64,000 nucleotides of DNA from positions 32,001-96,000 of the forward strand of contig CAWDWO010000007.1 in NCBI GenBank assembly GCA_963806035.1, given 5' to 3'. Shown one piece after another: positions 1 to 8,161 of this stretch. Each line of letters begins with the position of its first letter. Within the stretch, counting starts at the first letter, position 1. The position numbers were made by a program, and so were the translations under genes. The stretch is from Candidatus Krumholzibacteriota bacterium. Its GTDB lineage: Bacteria > Krumholzibacteriota > Krumholzibacteriia > JAJRXK01. The notes under the pieces were generated by a model. That model was not told where the DNA came from, did no database searches, and saw only the letters and a list, made by a program, of their open reading frames with translations.

Positions 1-983
1 TCGACTTCCCGTTCGGGGAAACCGGTGAGCAGGTAGATCTTTTTGCTCTCGACGAGATCCTGCAGCCGCATGAGGTAGCGGGGGGCTCGCAGCACGTCCA
101 GAGGAACCGCGGTTTCCGGCCACACGACCAGGCGCGCCCCGTCATCTGCCGCCTCTTCGCTGAGTTTGGTGAAGGGAATGAATGTCGAATCACGGCGCGC
201 CGGATCGAACTTGTCCATGAGCGAGACGTTGCCCTGGATCACGCCGACGCGCAGTCCATCTCCGGGACCCACCGGTGTTTCCAGAGCGTGCATCGTGTGC
301 GTACCGTAGACCAGGGTGACACCGTACAGCAGAAGCAACGCGACCAGAGCCCACCAGCGATAGAGCACAGCGCGGCCGAGTCGTGGAAACTCTCCCCGCA
401 GCGAGAGCCAAGTCAAGGCCAGCAGAACGTTGGTCACCGCGACCAGCCAGCTGATGCCCAGCTCGCCGAAGATCCCGGCCAGCTGCAAAATTGGGACGTA
501 ATGCAGCTGCGTCATGGCCAGGCGCATCCAGGGGAAACCCAACTCGCCCGTGCCCTCGAGCCACTCCACCACGACCCAGATGATGGGAAACCACCAGATG
601 GCCTGCTCGTGATAGCGCCGGCGCAACTTCGCGCTCACCCAGAATACGATCCCGTCGAAGATGGTCATGTAGAGCGCGAGCAGAACGAGCCCCATCGGCA
701 GAAACAGCCAACGGTATTTCATCGTTGCCGCGGGATCGAGCTGCAGAAGCCAGTAGAGTTCGCTCAGATGATGGGTCAGGCCAAAGGAGAGAATGAGCAG
801 CTTGAGACGGAGCGGCCGCGCTTCCCTCAGGTTGCGTGGATGAAAGAGGACGAGCAGAACCGGAACCAGCGCCACGTAGGCCAGAAAGCCCACGGGCGAA
901 GGCGCGCCAGCGACGCTCAGAAGGAGACCGCTGGTGATGCCGGCGAGAAATTCCGGAGTGGACCAGAACCTAGAACCTTGCAT
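1..983 (-). CDS. lnt: Apolipoprotein N-acyltransferase (partial; 3' end runs off the window)
   Basis: My own translation from ATG 983 (MQGSRFWSTPEF...) gives multiple TM segments, GFPW, 'VGVIQGN' and 'VVWPETA', all Lnt motifs. Absent from the ORF track because no stop codon lies in the window. Confidence 0.92.
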   Translation of the reverse strand, partial: MQGSRFWSTPEFLAGITSGLLLSVAGAPSPVGFLAYVALVPVLLVLFHPRNLREARPLRLKLLILSFGLTHHLSELYWLLQLDPAATMKYRWLFLPMGLVLLALYMTIFDGIVFWVSAKLRRRYHEQAIWWFPIIWVVVEWLEGTGELGFPWMRLAMTQLHYVPILQLAGIFGELGISWLVAVTNVLLALTWLSLRGEFPRLGRAVLYRWWALVALLLLYGVTLVYGTHTMHALETPVGPGDGLRVGVIQGNVSLMDKFDPARRDSTFIPFTKLSEEAADDGARLVVWPETAVPLDVLRAPRYLMRLQDLVESKKIYLLTGFPEREV

Positions 984-1093
984 AGAGGCCTCTGCGTGAG
1001 AAAAGAAGCAACGGTCCTCATCCCCAGGCTTCTTCTTCGGGATCCCGTCGCGCAGGCACTATAGGCGTCGGCAAGGTTCGTGTCGAGCCTCCC

Positions 1094-1780
1094 TCATTCC
1101 TCGCTGAGGATCCCGTGAATCTTGAGCTTCTGGTAGAAGACCTGCCGGCTGAGGTGGAGGGAACGCGCGGCGCGGCTCTTGTCTCCTCTGGCCCGCCGCA
1201 GGGCACGACGGAGAAGAGCCGCTTCGCGGCTCACGAGCTCAGCTCGGCTGAGTTCTCCGGCTCGCTTCTCGAGCTTCTGCTCTTCTACGCTCACGGTGGA
1301 GCGCAGGAGCCAGGCCGGTGGACCCAGCGATCGCGCGAGCGCCTCCATTCCTTGGCGCGCCACCCGCAGCCTGAGCTTCCCCGGGCGCCAGTCCGCGTCC
1401 ACTGCCGCCAAAAATGCCACACAGGGAATGCGGTCTCCGGGAAAGGGCCAACCGACGAGCCCGTGCGCAGCCCGCTCGCGTAACCACTCCGCCAATGGAT
1501 CTGCGGACTCGCGCTGGACACTGAGGGGGCGCGCCCGCGCAAAGAGCTGCCGATACCCCGCCAAAGGGAGAGCCGTCTCGGGAAACTCGGCCGGACCCGC
1601 CTGATCCACGACCTGAAGAAGCTCGAAAACCAGCGCCGGATCGTGGGGAGCCTGCGCATGCAGGCAGCGCGCGATCCCCAGGATCTCGGCTCCCAAGGCG
1701 GCTCGCAGCGCGCTGAGTCGATCGCATAGTTCCTCCTCGGGCATGGAGGGAAGGAACCCCTTAAGAGCAGCTGAATTCAT
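1094..1780 (-). CDS. Fis-type (HTH_8) DNA-binding protein without an AAA+ domain
   Basis: C-terminus 'REAALLRRALRRARGDKSRAARSLHLSRQVFYQKLKIHGI' is the NtrC/Fis HTH. No GAFTGA or Walker motifs. Start uncertain (1780 or 1744, downstream of the sigma54-like site). Confidence 0.75.
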   Translation of the reverse strand: MNSAALKGFLPSMPEEELCDRLSALRAALGAEILGIARCLHAQAPHDPALVFELLQVVDQAGPAEFPETALPLAGYRQLFARARPLSVQRESADPLAEWLRERAAHGLVGWPFPGDRIPCVAFLAAVDADWRPGKLRLRVARQGMEALARSLGPPAWLLRSTVSVEEQKLEKRAGELSRAELVSREAALLRRALRRARGDKSRAARSLHLSRQVFYQKLKIHGILSEE

Positions 1781-1828
1781 CTTGAATGCACGGAGGGGGG
1801 CGCGTGGAGCTGGTGGCAGCATCGGTGC

Positions 1829-1844
1829 TGCAAGGCCCGTGCCC
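1829..1844 (-). promoter_or_regulatory. Sigma54 (-24/-12) promoter candidate
   Basis: Minus strand GGGCACGGGCCTTGCA: GG-N10-GC, close to the TGGCACG-N4-TTGCW consensus, immediately after the purM stop. Confidence 0.6.
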
Positions 1845-1845
1845 T

Positions 1846-2946
1846 TCATCCCGGCCGACACGAGGTGGAAATTTGCTCTTCTTGGAAGCGCAGGCTGTCC
1901 TCTGCTCGGGGCGCCGGACAGCGCGCGCGCGTTCTAGCCGGCGTGAAAGCGCACGGGGCGTCTTCTCCGCGCGCCAGGACGCGTCCGATGGCCAGGGGGG
2001 GCTCGCTCAACTTTGAAGCGCACTGAGGTGAAATCTCTTCACAGATCACGACCATCCCCAAGCCCAGATTGAAGACCCGCCGCATCTCTTCTTGCTCGAT
2101 GCGACCCCGCTCTTGCAGCAGCCGGAAGATCGGGGGCACTTGCCAGGAGCCCTCGTCGATTTCCACGGCAAGTTCCTTCGGGAGAACCCGCGGGATGTTG
2201 TCGACGAGACCGCCTCCGGTGATGTGGGCCAGCGCGGCGATCGGATGACGAGCGCGCAGTTCCCTCACTTGTGAGAGGTAGCTGCGATGCACCGCGAGAA
2301 GCGCATCGGCGAGCGAACTTCCCAGTCCACCCGGATCCTTTTCGAGGGGAAGCTTCGAATCGCCCTCGAGCAGGACTTTGCGCGCCAGACTAAAACCATT
2401 GGTGTGCAGACCACTGGAAGGCCAGGCGTAGACCCTCATTCCCTCTCGCACCATGGCACCGGTGATGAGGTCCTCCTCCTCCACTCTGCCCACGATGCAG
2501 CCGGCCAGGTCGAAGTCCTCTCCGTGATAGAGGCCGGGCATCTCCGCCGTCTCTCCCCCGATCAATGCACAGCCGTTCTCGCGGCAGGCCTTGGCGAGCC
2601 CCTCCACCACCGCGACGAAGGTCCCCTCGCTCAAGCTCCCCGTCCCGTAGTAGTCCAGGAAGAAGAGCGGGGTGGCTCCCTGAACCAGGATGTCGTTGAC
2701 GCAGTGGTTCACGAGGTCCTCCCCGACCCCGCGCAACTGCCTCGCCGCCAAGGCGATTTTCAGCTTGGTTCCCACGCCGTCGATGGAGGAAACGAGCAGG
2801 GATCCATCGGCTTGGCGGTAGAGACCTCCGAAGGAGCCCACCTCCGACGCGACGGCAGGGCCCCAGGTGGAGCGGATTGCAGCACGGGAGGAGGCGAGCG
2901 CTTGGCTGGCGGCGTCGATGTCGACCCCGGATTCGCGGTATTTCAT
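1846..2946 (-). CDS. purM: Phosphoribosylformylglycinamidine cyclo-ligase
   Basis: MKYRESGVDID, DGVGTK, GGETAEMPG, SSGLHTNGFSLAR, HITGGG, FNLGLG motifs. Confidence 0.97.
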   Translation of the reverse strand: MKYRESGVDIDAASQALASSRAAIRSTWGPAVASEVGSFGGLYRQADGSLLVSSIDGVGTKLKIALAARQLRGVGEDLVNHCVNDILVQGATPLFFLDYYGTGSLSEGTFVAVVEGLAKACRENGCALIGGETAEMPGLYHGEDFDLAGCIVGRVEEEDLITGAMVREGMRVYAWPSSGLHTNGFSLARKVLLEGDSKLPLEKDPGGLGSSLADALLAVHRSYLSQVRELRARHPIAALAHITGGGLVDNIPRVLPKELAVEIDEGSWQVPPIFRLLQERGRIEQEEMRRVFNLGLGMVVICEEISPQCASKLSEPPLAIGRVLARGEDAPCAFTPARTRARCPAPRAEDSLRFQEEQISTSCRPG

Positions 2947-2952
2947 GGCGGC

Positions 2953-2981
2953 ATGCTAGGGCCAGGCGGCTGTCCTGTCAA
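2953..2981 (-). promoter_or_regulatory. Sigma70 promoter for purM (likely leaderless transcript)
   Basis: TTGACA (2981-2976), 17 bp, TAGCAT (2958-2953). The ATG follows after 6 nt and has no SD. Confidence 0.7.
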
Positions 2982-3033
2982 AGATAGGCATCGGGGCGGG
3001 CTCGTACGGCTCGAATGCGCCGTGTGCCGGGCT

Positions 3034-4386
3034 CTAGCCGACGGGCAGGCCGACGGGGACTTCGGCCTCGCGGGTGGCGGCGTCGTGCAGAATTCTCTGG
3101 ATCTCCAGGGCTGTACCGTCGGCCTGGGCGATGACCTTGAAGCTGCCGTCGGCGTACATCGACTCGATGGCGTCGACCACGTCCACTGCGAACTGGCTGC
3201 CTTTGAAGCGGCGCAGCTCGTCCATGCACTGCTCGAGCGAGAGCGCGGCCCGGTAGGGACGATTGGAGGTCATGGCGTCGATCGCGTCGCAGCAGTTCAG
3301 GATGCGACTGCCCAGCTTGACCTCGTCATCACGCAGACCGTCGGGATAGCCCAGACCATCCGGACGCTCGTGGTGGTGATGCACCAGGTCGGCCGCCCCC
3401 TTGAGGAACTTCATTTGCGATACGATTTCGCCCCCGATCGCCGGATGGGAAGCGAGGATGTCGAACTCGTCCTTGGTCAGGCGCGCCGGTTTGCAGACGA
3501 TGTCGTTGGTGATGGCGATCTTGCCGATGTCGTGCAGCAGACCCGCGTATTCGAGTTCCTCCAGCTCCTCGGGCCCCATCCCCATCCGCTGTCCAATCTG
3601 CACCGCATACTTCGCCACGCGATAGCTGTGACCGTGAGTGTAGGGTTCATCGGCTTCCAGGGCGGTGGTGAGCGCGGCCACGGTGTTGATGTGAGCTTCC
3701 TTCATGTCTTCGAAGAGCTTGTGACTCTGCCAGATGATGAACAGCGGCAGACCGAAGAGGAGAAGCGACCACAGTCCGGCGTATTCGTAGGAAAAGATGA
3801 GGAAGGCACTCAGCGGTGCTGCCAGCAATCCGCTCAAGAAATGCCAGGCGTAATCGCCACGCCAAACCTGATTCCAGGTTCGCCCCTCGTTCAACACGAG
3901 TACCGTGCTGGTGAGCGTCATGTTGACGCCCGAAAAAACCATGTGAGCAACGAGTGCGGGAATGAGGAAAAGCGGTGAGGAAAGACTGTCGACACTGCTC
4001 CAAGGCAAACTATGGAACACAACGCCAGCCACCCCGACGGAGAAGGTCATCATCGCGATGTTGAAGACGACCTTCAGCGGAGAGCGGCGCTTGATCAAGC
4101 CATCGCCCACTAGCAAGCTGGCGCCTTCCATCAACATGGCGGCGGCCGGGCCGAGGGTTGCGATCACTGCGATGTCCACGGTAGAGGACGCCAGCCAATC
4201 TCCACCCGCTGAGGTCTTGACTTCGAAGAAGTCGACTCCGATCAAGAACGCGCTGAAGCAGAGAACGGGAAACCAATGCGCCGATGAGATTGGATAGCGC
4301 TGAAATACCCAGGAACCCAAGGCATACGCCGCCAGGATTAGAATCAGCACGTACAGAATTGCGATTGATTTGCGGCGGATATGCAT
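3034..4386 (-). CDS. Membrane HD-GYP cyclic-dinucleotide phosphodiesterase with N-terminal multi-TM (MASE-type) sensor
   Basis: About 7-8 hydrophobic segments, then YTHGHSYRV, LLHDIGK, HHERPDGLGYP, DAIDAMTSNRPYR. Confidence 0.93.
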   Translation of the reverse strand: MHIRRKSIAILYVLILILAAYALGSWVFQRYPISSAHWFPVLCFSAFLIGVDFFEVKTSAGGDWLASSTVDIAVIATLGPAAAMLMEGASLLVGDGLIKRRSPLKVVFNIAMMTFSVGVAGVVFHSLPWSSVDSLSSPLFLIPALVAHMVFSGVNMTLTSTVLVLNEGRTWNQVWRGDYAWHFLSGLLAAPLSAFLIFSYEYAGLWSLLLFGLPLFIIWQSHKLFEDMKEAHINTVAALTTALEADEPYTHGHSYRVAKYAVQIGQRMGMGPEELEELEYAGLLHDIGKIAITNDIVCKPARLTKDEFDILASHPAIGGEIVSQMKFLKGAADLVHHHHERPDGLGYPDGLRDDEVKLGSRILNCCDAIDAMTSNRPYRAALSLEQCMDELRRFKGSQFAVDVVDAIESMYADGSFKVIAQADGTALEIQRILHDAATREAEVPVGLPVG

Positions 4387-4394
4387 GTGACCAA

Positions 4395-4580
4395 GGCCGG
4401 TTGAGAGGAGCTAGACTACCACTTCACCTTGCTACCGAGGACCCAGAACATTTTCCCACCTCACATCGGATTGGATTTGCCGCCATGCTCCGCTAGGGGG
4501 CGGCAGTGAGGCTTCGCTATGCGCTCGGGAATGTTTGCTCCGCTCGGGGTTTCTCTGCAGACAACTCCCCTCAACCGGCC
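4395..4580 (-). ncRNA. Putative ~186-nt rod-like structured RNA/leader upstream of the HD-GYP gene
   Basis: Nested complementarity: 4580-4562 with 4413-4395 (19 bp, the non-Watson-Crick pairs are G-U on the minus strand), 4547-4543/4439-4435, 4535-4530/4452-4447, 4512-4506/4464-4458, 4505-4499/4484-4478. Confidence 0.65.
4416..4451 (-). CDS. Small ORF, 11-aa peptide MFWVLGSKVKW
   Basis: ATG TTC TGG GTC CTC GGT AGC AAG GTG AAG TGG TAG, with GAGGTG SD (4462-4457) 5 nt upstream and an in-frame TGA just before it. Confidence 0.6.
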   Translation of the reverse strand: MFWVLGSKVKW

Positions 4581-4608
4581 AAAAAGAGACCACGACCGAA
4601 GTCGCGAC
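4581..4608 (-). terminator. Intrinsic terminator candidate
   Basis: Minus strand CGCGAC-UUCG-GUCGUG hairpin followed by GUCUCUUUUU, just after the stop of the 249-aa gene. Confidence 0.6.
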
Positions 4609-4614
4609 TTGCCA

Positions 4615-5364
4615 TCAGGCCGAGGCGGCCCGCCACGAGATCTGCTCGAGGGTGGCGTCCTCGTCCTGCACCATCAAGTCCTGAAACTCCGCTTTGCCCA
4701 GGGGACGATTCAGAGCGTCAAGACAGGCGTAAACCGTTGACTCATAAAGAGATCCATTGTCCCAGCAGGTGCCGGCCAGACGCTGGATCTGGCGGTTTGC
4801 GCCAAAATCCAGCACCACGATGACCAGGGACCCGCCGGCCAGGGAAGCCACTCGGGTGGTCCTCAATTGGATCTCATACTGGGGTTTGAGCAAGTTGCGC
4901 ACCGCTTGCACCGCCGCCTGGGCCACCAGTGCCACGCAGGCATCCGCGCCCAGGGCCGGGCCCTCCGAGCGGCCCGGAAGCCCCTCGAAGGCGCCGAGGC
5001 TCAGCTCGACCTCCGCGACGAAATTGCCGCCGCTGGTGGTGGAGTGAACGGCACTGAGACGGATCCGTGGCTCAGAGCGCTCCGGAGTCCGGCTCACGGT
5101 CGATTGGTTTGAGGGAAGGGGGGAAGCGTGAGGGGAATTGAGCTGAACCACGCCGATCTTGCGATGATCGACCTGAATACCGTGGCGACGGAGCACCGCT
5201 TCGACATCGCGCACGATGGGACGAGGAGGGCGCTGGGTATCGCTCAGCACGTCGATCTGTTCGATCTCGCCCTGAGCGTCGAGAATCAGCGACGCATAGC
5301 TCACGTTGCGAATCCTGGAGAGCTCGCGCTCCACCTCCATCACTTTCTTCGAATCGAGTCTCAT
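4615..5364 (-). CDS. Hypothetical protein: small N-terminal domain, P/S-rich linker, C-terminal LeuA-allosteric-domain-like region
   Basis: Clean 249-aa ORF with AGGTGG SD. N-terminal 'RPIVRDVEAVL...VDHRKIGVVQL'. C-terminal 'LAGTC...ESTVYACLDALNR' resembles the end of the LeuA dimerisation domain (resemblance by eye). Confidence 0.75.
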   Translation of the reverse strand: MRLDSKKVMEVERELSRIRNVSYASLILDAQGEIEQIDVLSDTQRPPRPIVRDVEAVLRRHGIQVDHRKIGVVQLNSPHASPLPSNQSTVSRTPERSEPRIRLSAVHSTTSGGNFVAEVELSLGAFEGLPGRSEGPALGADACVALVAQAAVQAVRNLLKPQYEIQLRTTRVASLAGGSLVIVVLDFGANRQIQRLAGTCWDNGSLYESTVYACLDALNRPLGKAEFQDLMVQDEDATLEQISWRAASA

Positions 5365-5496
5365 GGAGCCACCTGAGTTCTTCCTGCCCGTGCCACTGCC
5401 CTGCGAGATTCGTCGTGCTACGACTCTAGCACACGAGCCGAGCCGTCACCAAGTAGGAAACATACTAAGCCATGAATTGACAAAAGATTGAAGGGT

Positions 5497-6402
5497 TTAC
5501 TTCGGCCAGGCTACGAGCTGGCGCAGCTGCGCGCGTCTCTGCTGCACGGCGGCCGGGCTGAGATCCTTCAGGCCGCGGACACTGAAGTCCTCCGCCGCGA
5601 AGCTCGCGAGTACCGTACCCTCGATCATGGCCTCCCGCAGGAGATCGTGATCCAGCTTCTCACGACCGGCCAGATGCCCCAGGAAGCCCCCGGCGAAGGT
5701 GTCACCGGCGCCGGTCGGATCCTTGACCCGGTCCAGGATCACCGCCGGCAAGGCGAAGCGCTGCGCCCCGTCGAAGAGCAGAGCACCGTGTTCGCCCTTC
5801 TTGACGACCACGCGCTCGGGCCCCATCCCCTGGATCACCTGCACCGACTCGACCAGGGAGTGCTTCCCGCTCAGCAGGCGCACCTCCTCGTCGTTGAGAA
5901 AGACGAGATCACAGCGCTGCAGCACCTTGACCAACTCGGCGCGCGAGGATTCGATCCACAAGTTCATGGTGTCCACCGCCACCAGGCGCGGATCCTTGAC
6001 CTGCTCGAGAACTTCCAACTGCAGAGAGGGATGGATGTTGGCGAGAAAGAGAAGCTCCGGGTCCTGAAAACTCTGCGGGAGAACCGGATGAAAGTGCTCG
6101 AAGACGTTCAAGTGAGTGAACAGGGTGTCGCGCCGATTCATGTTCTCGTGATAGCGACCACCCCAGCGGAAGCACTCCCCTTTCTCCACCTGGAGTCCGC
6201 TGGTGTCGATCCCCTTGCTCGAGAGCAGTTCCCGCGCACTCTGGGGAAGATCTTCTCCCACCACGGCCACCAGCCCCACCTGCGCATCGCGTGCAGCAGC
6301 GAGCGAGAAGAAAGTGGCGCTCCCTCCCAGCGCGTTTTCGGCCTTTCCCCAGCAAGTCTCCACCGAATCCAGAGCCACCGAACCTACTACCACGATCTGC
6401 AT
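5497..6402 (-). CDS. PfkB family carbohydrate/nucleoside kinase
   Basis: VVGSVALD, GGSA, NDEE, KKGEHG, DPTGAGDTFAGG. Confidence 0.93.
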   Translation of the reverse strand: MQIVVVGSVALDSVETCWGKAENALGGSATFFSLAAARDAQVGLVAVVGEDLPQSARELLSSKGIDTSGLQVEKGECFRWGGRYHENMNRRDTLFTHLNVFEHFHPVLPQSFQDPELLFLANIHPSLQLEVLEQVKDPRLVAVDTMNLWIESSRAELVKVLQRCDLVFLNDEEVRLLSGKHSLVESVQVIQGMGPERVVVKKGEHGALLFDGAQRFALPAVILDRVKDPTGAGDTFAGGFLGHLAGREKLDHDLLREAMIEGTVLASFAAEDFSVRGLKDLSPAAVQQRRAQLRQLVAWPK

Positions 6403-6430
6403 GAACATTCCCCCATCGAAATTCTTGCGT

Positions 6431-8161
6431 TCACATTTGCTCGGGGGTGTCCATCCCCAGCAGAGTCAGAGTATTGGCCAAGACGACGCGAGTCGCCGAA
6501 CTCAGAGCCAGTCGGGCGCGTGAGAGATTGGTGTCGTCCGTGAGGATCCTACAGTGTTGGTAGAAGTGGTGGAAAGCCGAGGCCAGATCGACCGCGTATC
6601 TCGTCAAGCGCGAAACGTCGCGGGTCTCGGCACTTCGCGCGATGATGTGCGGTAGATCGGGTAGAAGGCGGCAGAGCGCGAGTTCCGCGTCTTCGGAAAG
6701 AAGCCGCAGTTCCTTCTCCGTGGCCGGGTGTTTGTCCGCTCCCTGCGCCTGCGCATTGCGTAACACGCTGCAGATCCGCGCGTGTGCGTACTTCACATAC
6801 CAGCCGGGATTGTCGTTGCTCTGTTTGCGCGCCAGGTCCAGATCGAAGTCCAGGTGCGACGAGTTCTTCCGCGACAGGAAAAAGAAGCGCGCCACGTCAG
6901 CGCCCACCTCGTCGATCAGTTGATCCATCGTGACCAGTCGTCCCGCGCGTTTGGACATCTCCAGGGGACGACCGTCCTGAATGAGGTTCACCTGCTGCAG
7001 AAGAATGATCTCGAGCCAATCGTGGGGAAAACCCAAACACTCGCTGGCTGCGGCCATGCGGGCGATGTAGCCGTGATGGTCGGGTCCCAAAAGATCGATG
7101 GCAACCTCCGCCCCACGCTCCTTCTTGCTCAGGTGGTAAGCGATGTCAGGTAGAAAGTAGGTGGGCACGCCGTCGCTCTTCACCAGCACCCTGTCCTTCT
7201 CGTCCTCGAACTCGCTCGTGGCCAGCCAGGTTGCTCCGTCCTTCTCGAAGACGTGTCCGGCTTCTTTCAAAACCTCCAGGGTCTTCTCCAGCTTTCCGCT
7301 GCGGTGGAGTTCGGTCTCGAGATACCAGGAGTCGAAGCGAACCCCATAGCGGCGGCAAGTTGCTCTTTGGGAGAGGAGCATGGCGGCGATCCCGAAGGAT
7401 CCGAAGGCCTGCGCCGAACTCTCGTCGCTTTGAAGTTCGAGCCAGTCCTTGGGCTCGCCCTTGGGCAGTGAGAGATCGCCGATGATGCGACCCGCCTCTT
7501 CGTCACTTTCCTGAGTGAGAAGAGAGGTGCCACGTTCCAGCAGATCGCGCGCGAGTTCTTGCAGGTACTCTCCCTGGTATCCCTCCTCGGGAAGCTCGGC
7601 GGCCTCTCCCCTCGCCTGGAGGTATCGTGCCCGGAGACTGCGTCCGAAGAGCAGGACCTGGCGGCCGGCATTGTTTACGTAAAACTCGCTGCTGGGCCGA
7701 TAGCCCGCGCGGTCCATGACGCGATGCAGGGTCGATCCGACAGCGGCGGCGCGCGCACTCACGATGTTCAGAGGCCCCGTGGGATTCGCGCTGATGTACT
7801 CCAGGCTGATGCGCTGTCCCTCCCCGGCCTGGCTGCGTCCGTATTCCTCCGCCTCATCCAGGATGCGCAAAATCGGCTCGGTAAGCGCTTCTTGCGAGTA
7901 ACGGAAATTGATGAATCCCGGGCCCGCGATCTCCAGCGATTCCACCTGGGATTTGTCCAGCTCCAGGCTGGCTGCGATCTCTCCCGCGAGCTCCCGAGGT
8001 TTTCGCTCCAGTCGCTTCGCCAGAAGGAGAGCGACGTTGGAGCTGAGATCGCCGTGACTGGGATCCTTGGGCTGCTCCAGTTCCAGACGCACGTCTTCCT
8101 CGAAGACTCCGTAACCCTCCAGGGCTTTCATGAGAGCGTCGCGAATGAGCTTCTCGATCAT
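6431..8161 (-). CDS. argS: Arginyl-tRNA synthetase
   Basis: HGDLSSN, AGPGFINF, EYISANPTGPL, MSKRAG, YVKYAHARICS, C-terminal PEQM. Confidence 0.97.
   Translation of the reverse strand: MIEKLIRDALMKALEGYGVFEEDVRLELEQPKDPSHGDLSSNVALLLAKRLERKPRELAGEIAASLELDKSQVESLEIAGPGFINFRYSQEALTEPILRILDEAEEYGRSQAGEGQRISLEYISANPTGPLNIVSARAAAVGSTLHRVMDRAGYRPSSEFYVNNAGRQVLLFGRSLRARYLQARGEAAELPEEGYQGEYLQELARDLLERGTSLLTQESDEEAGRIIGDLSLPKGEPKDWLELQSDESSAQAFGSFGIAAMLLSQRATCRRYGVRFDSWYLETELHRSGKLEKTLEVLKEAGHVFEKDGATWLATSEFEDEKDRVLVKSDGVPTYFLPDIAYHLSKKERGAEVAIDLLGPDHHGYIARMAAASECLGFPHDWLEIILLQQVNLIQDGRPLEMSKRAGRLVTMDQLIDEVGADVARFFFLSRKNSSHLDFDLDLARKQSNDNPGWYVKYAHARICSVLRNAQAQGADKHPATEKELRLLSEDAELALCRLLPDLPHIIARSAETRDVSRLTRYAVDLASAFHHFYQHCRILTDDTNLSRARLALSSATRVVLANTLTLLGMDTPEQM

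Noticed and set aside
1846..1950. purM C-terminal tail of about 30 aa as a frameshift or read-through signal
   Set aside because: The catalytic core is complete and no slippery site is evident; a simple stop-codon shift explains it.
4395..4580. Call as 6S RNA or a known riboswitch
   Set aside because: Size fits 6S, but I see no large central bubble, no promoter immediately upstream and no recognisable c-di-GMP aptamer motifs. Left unassigned pending an Infernal search.
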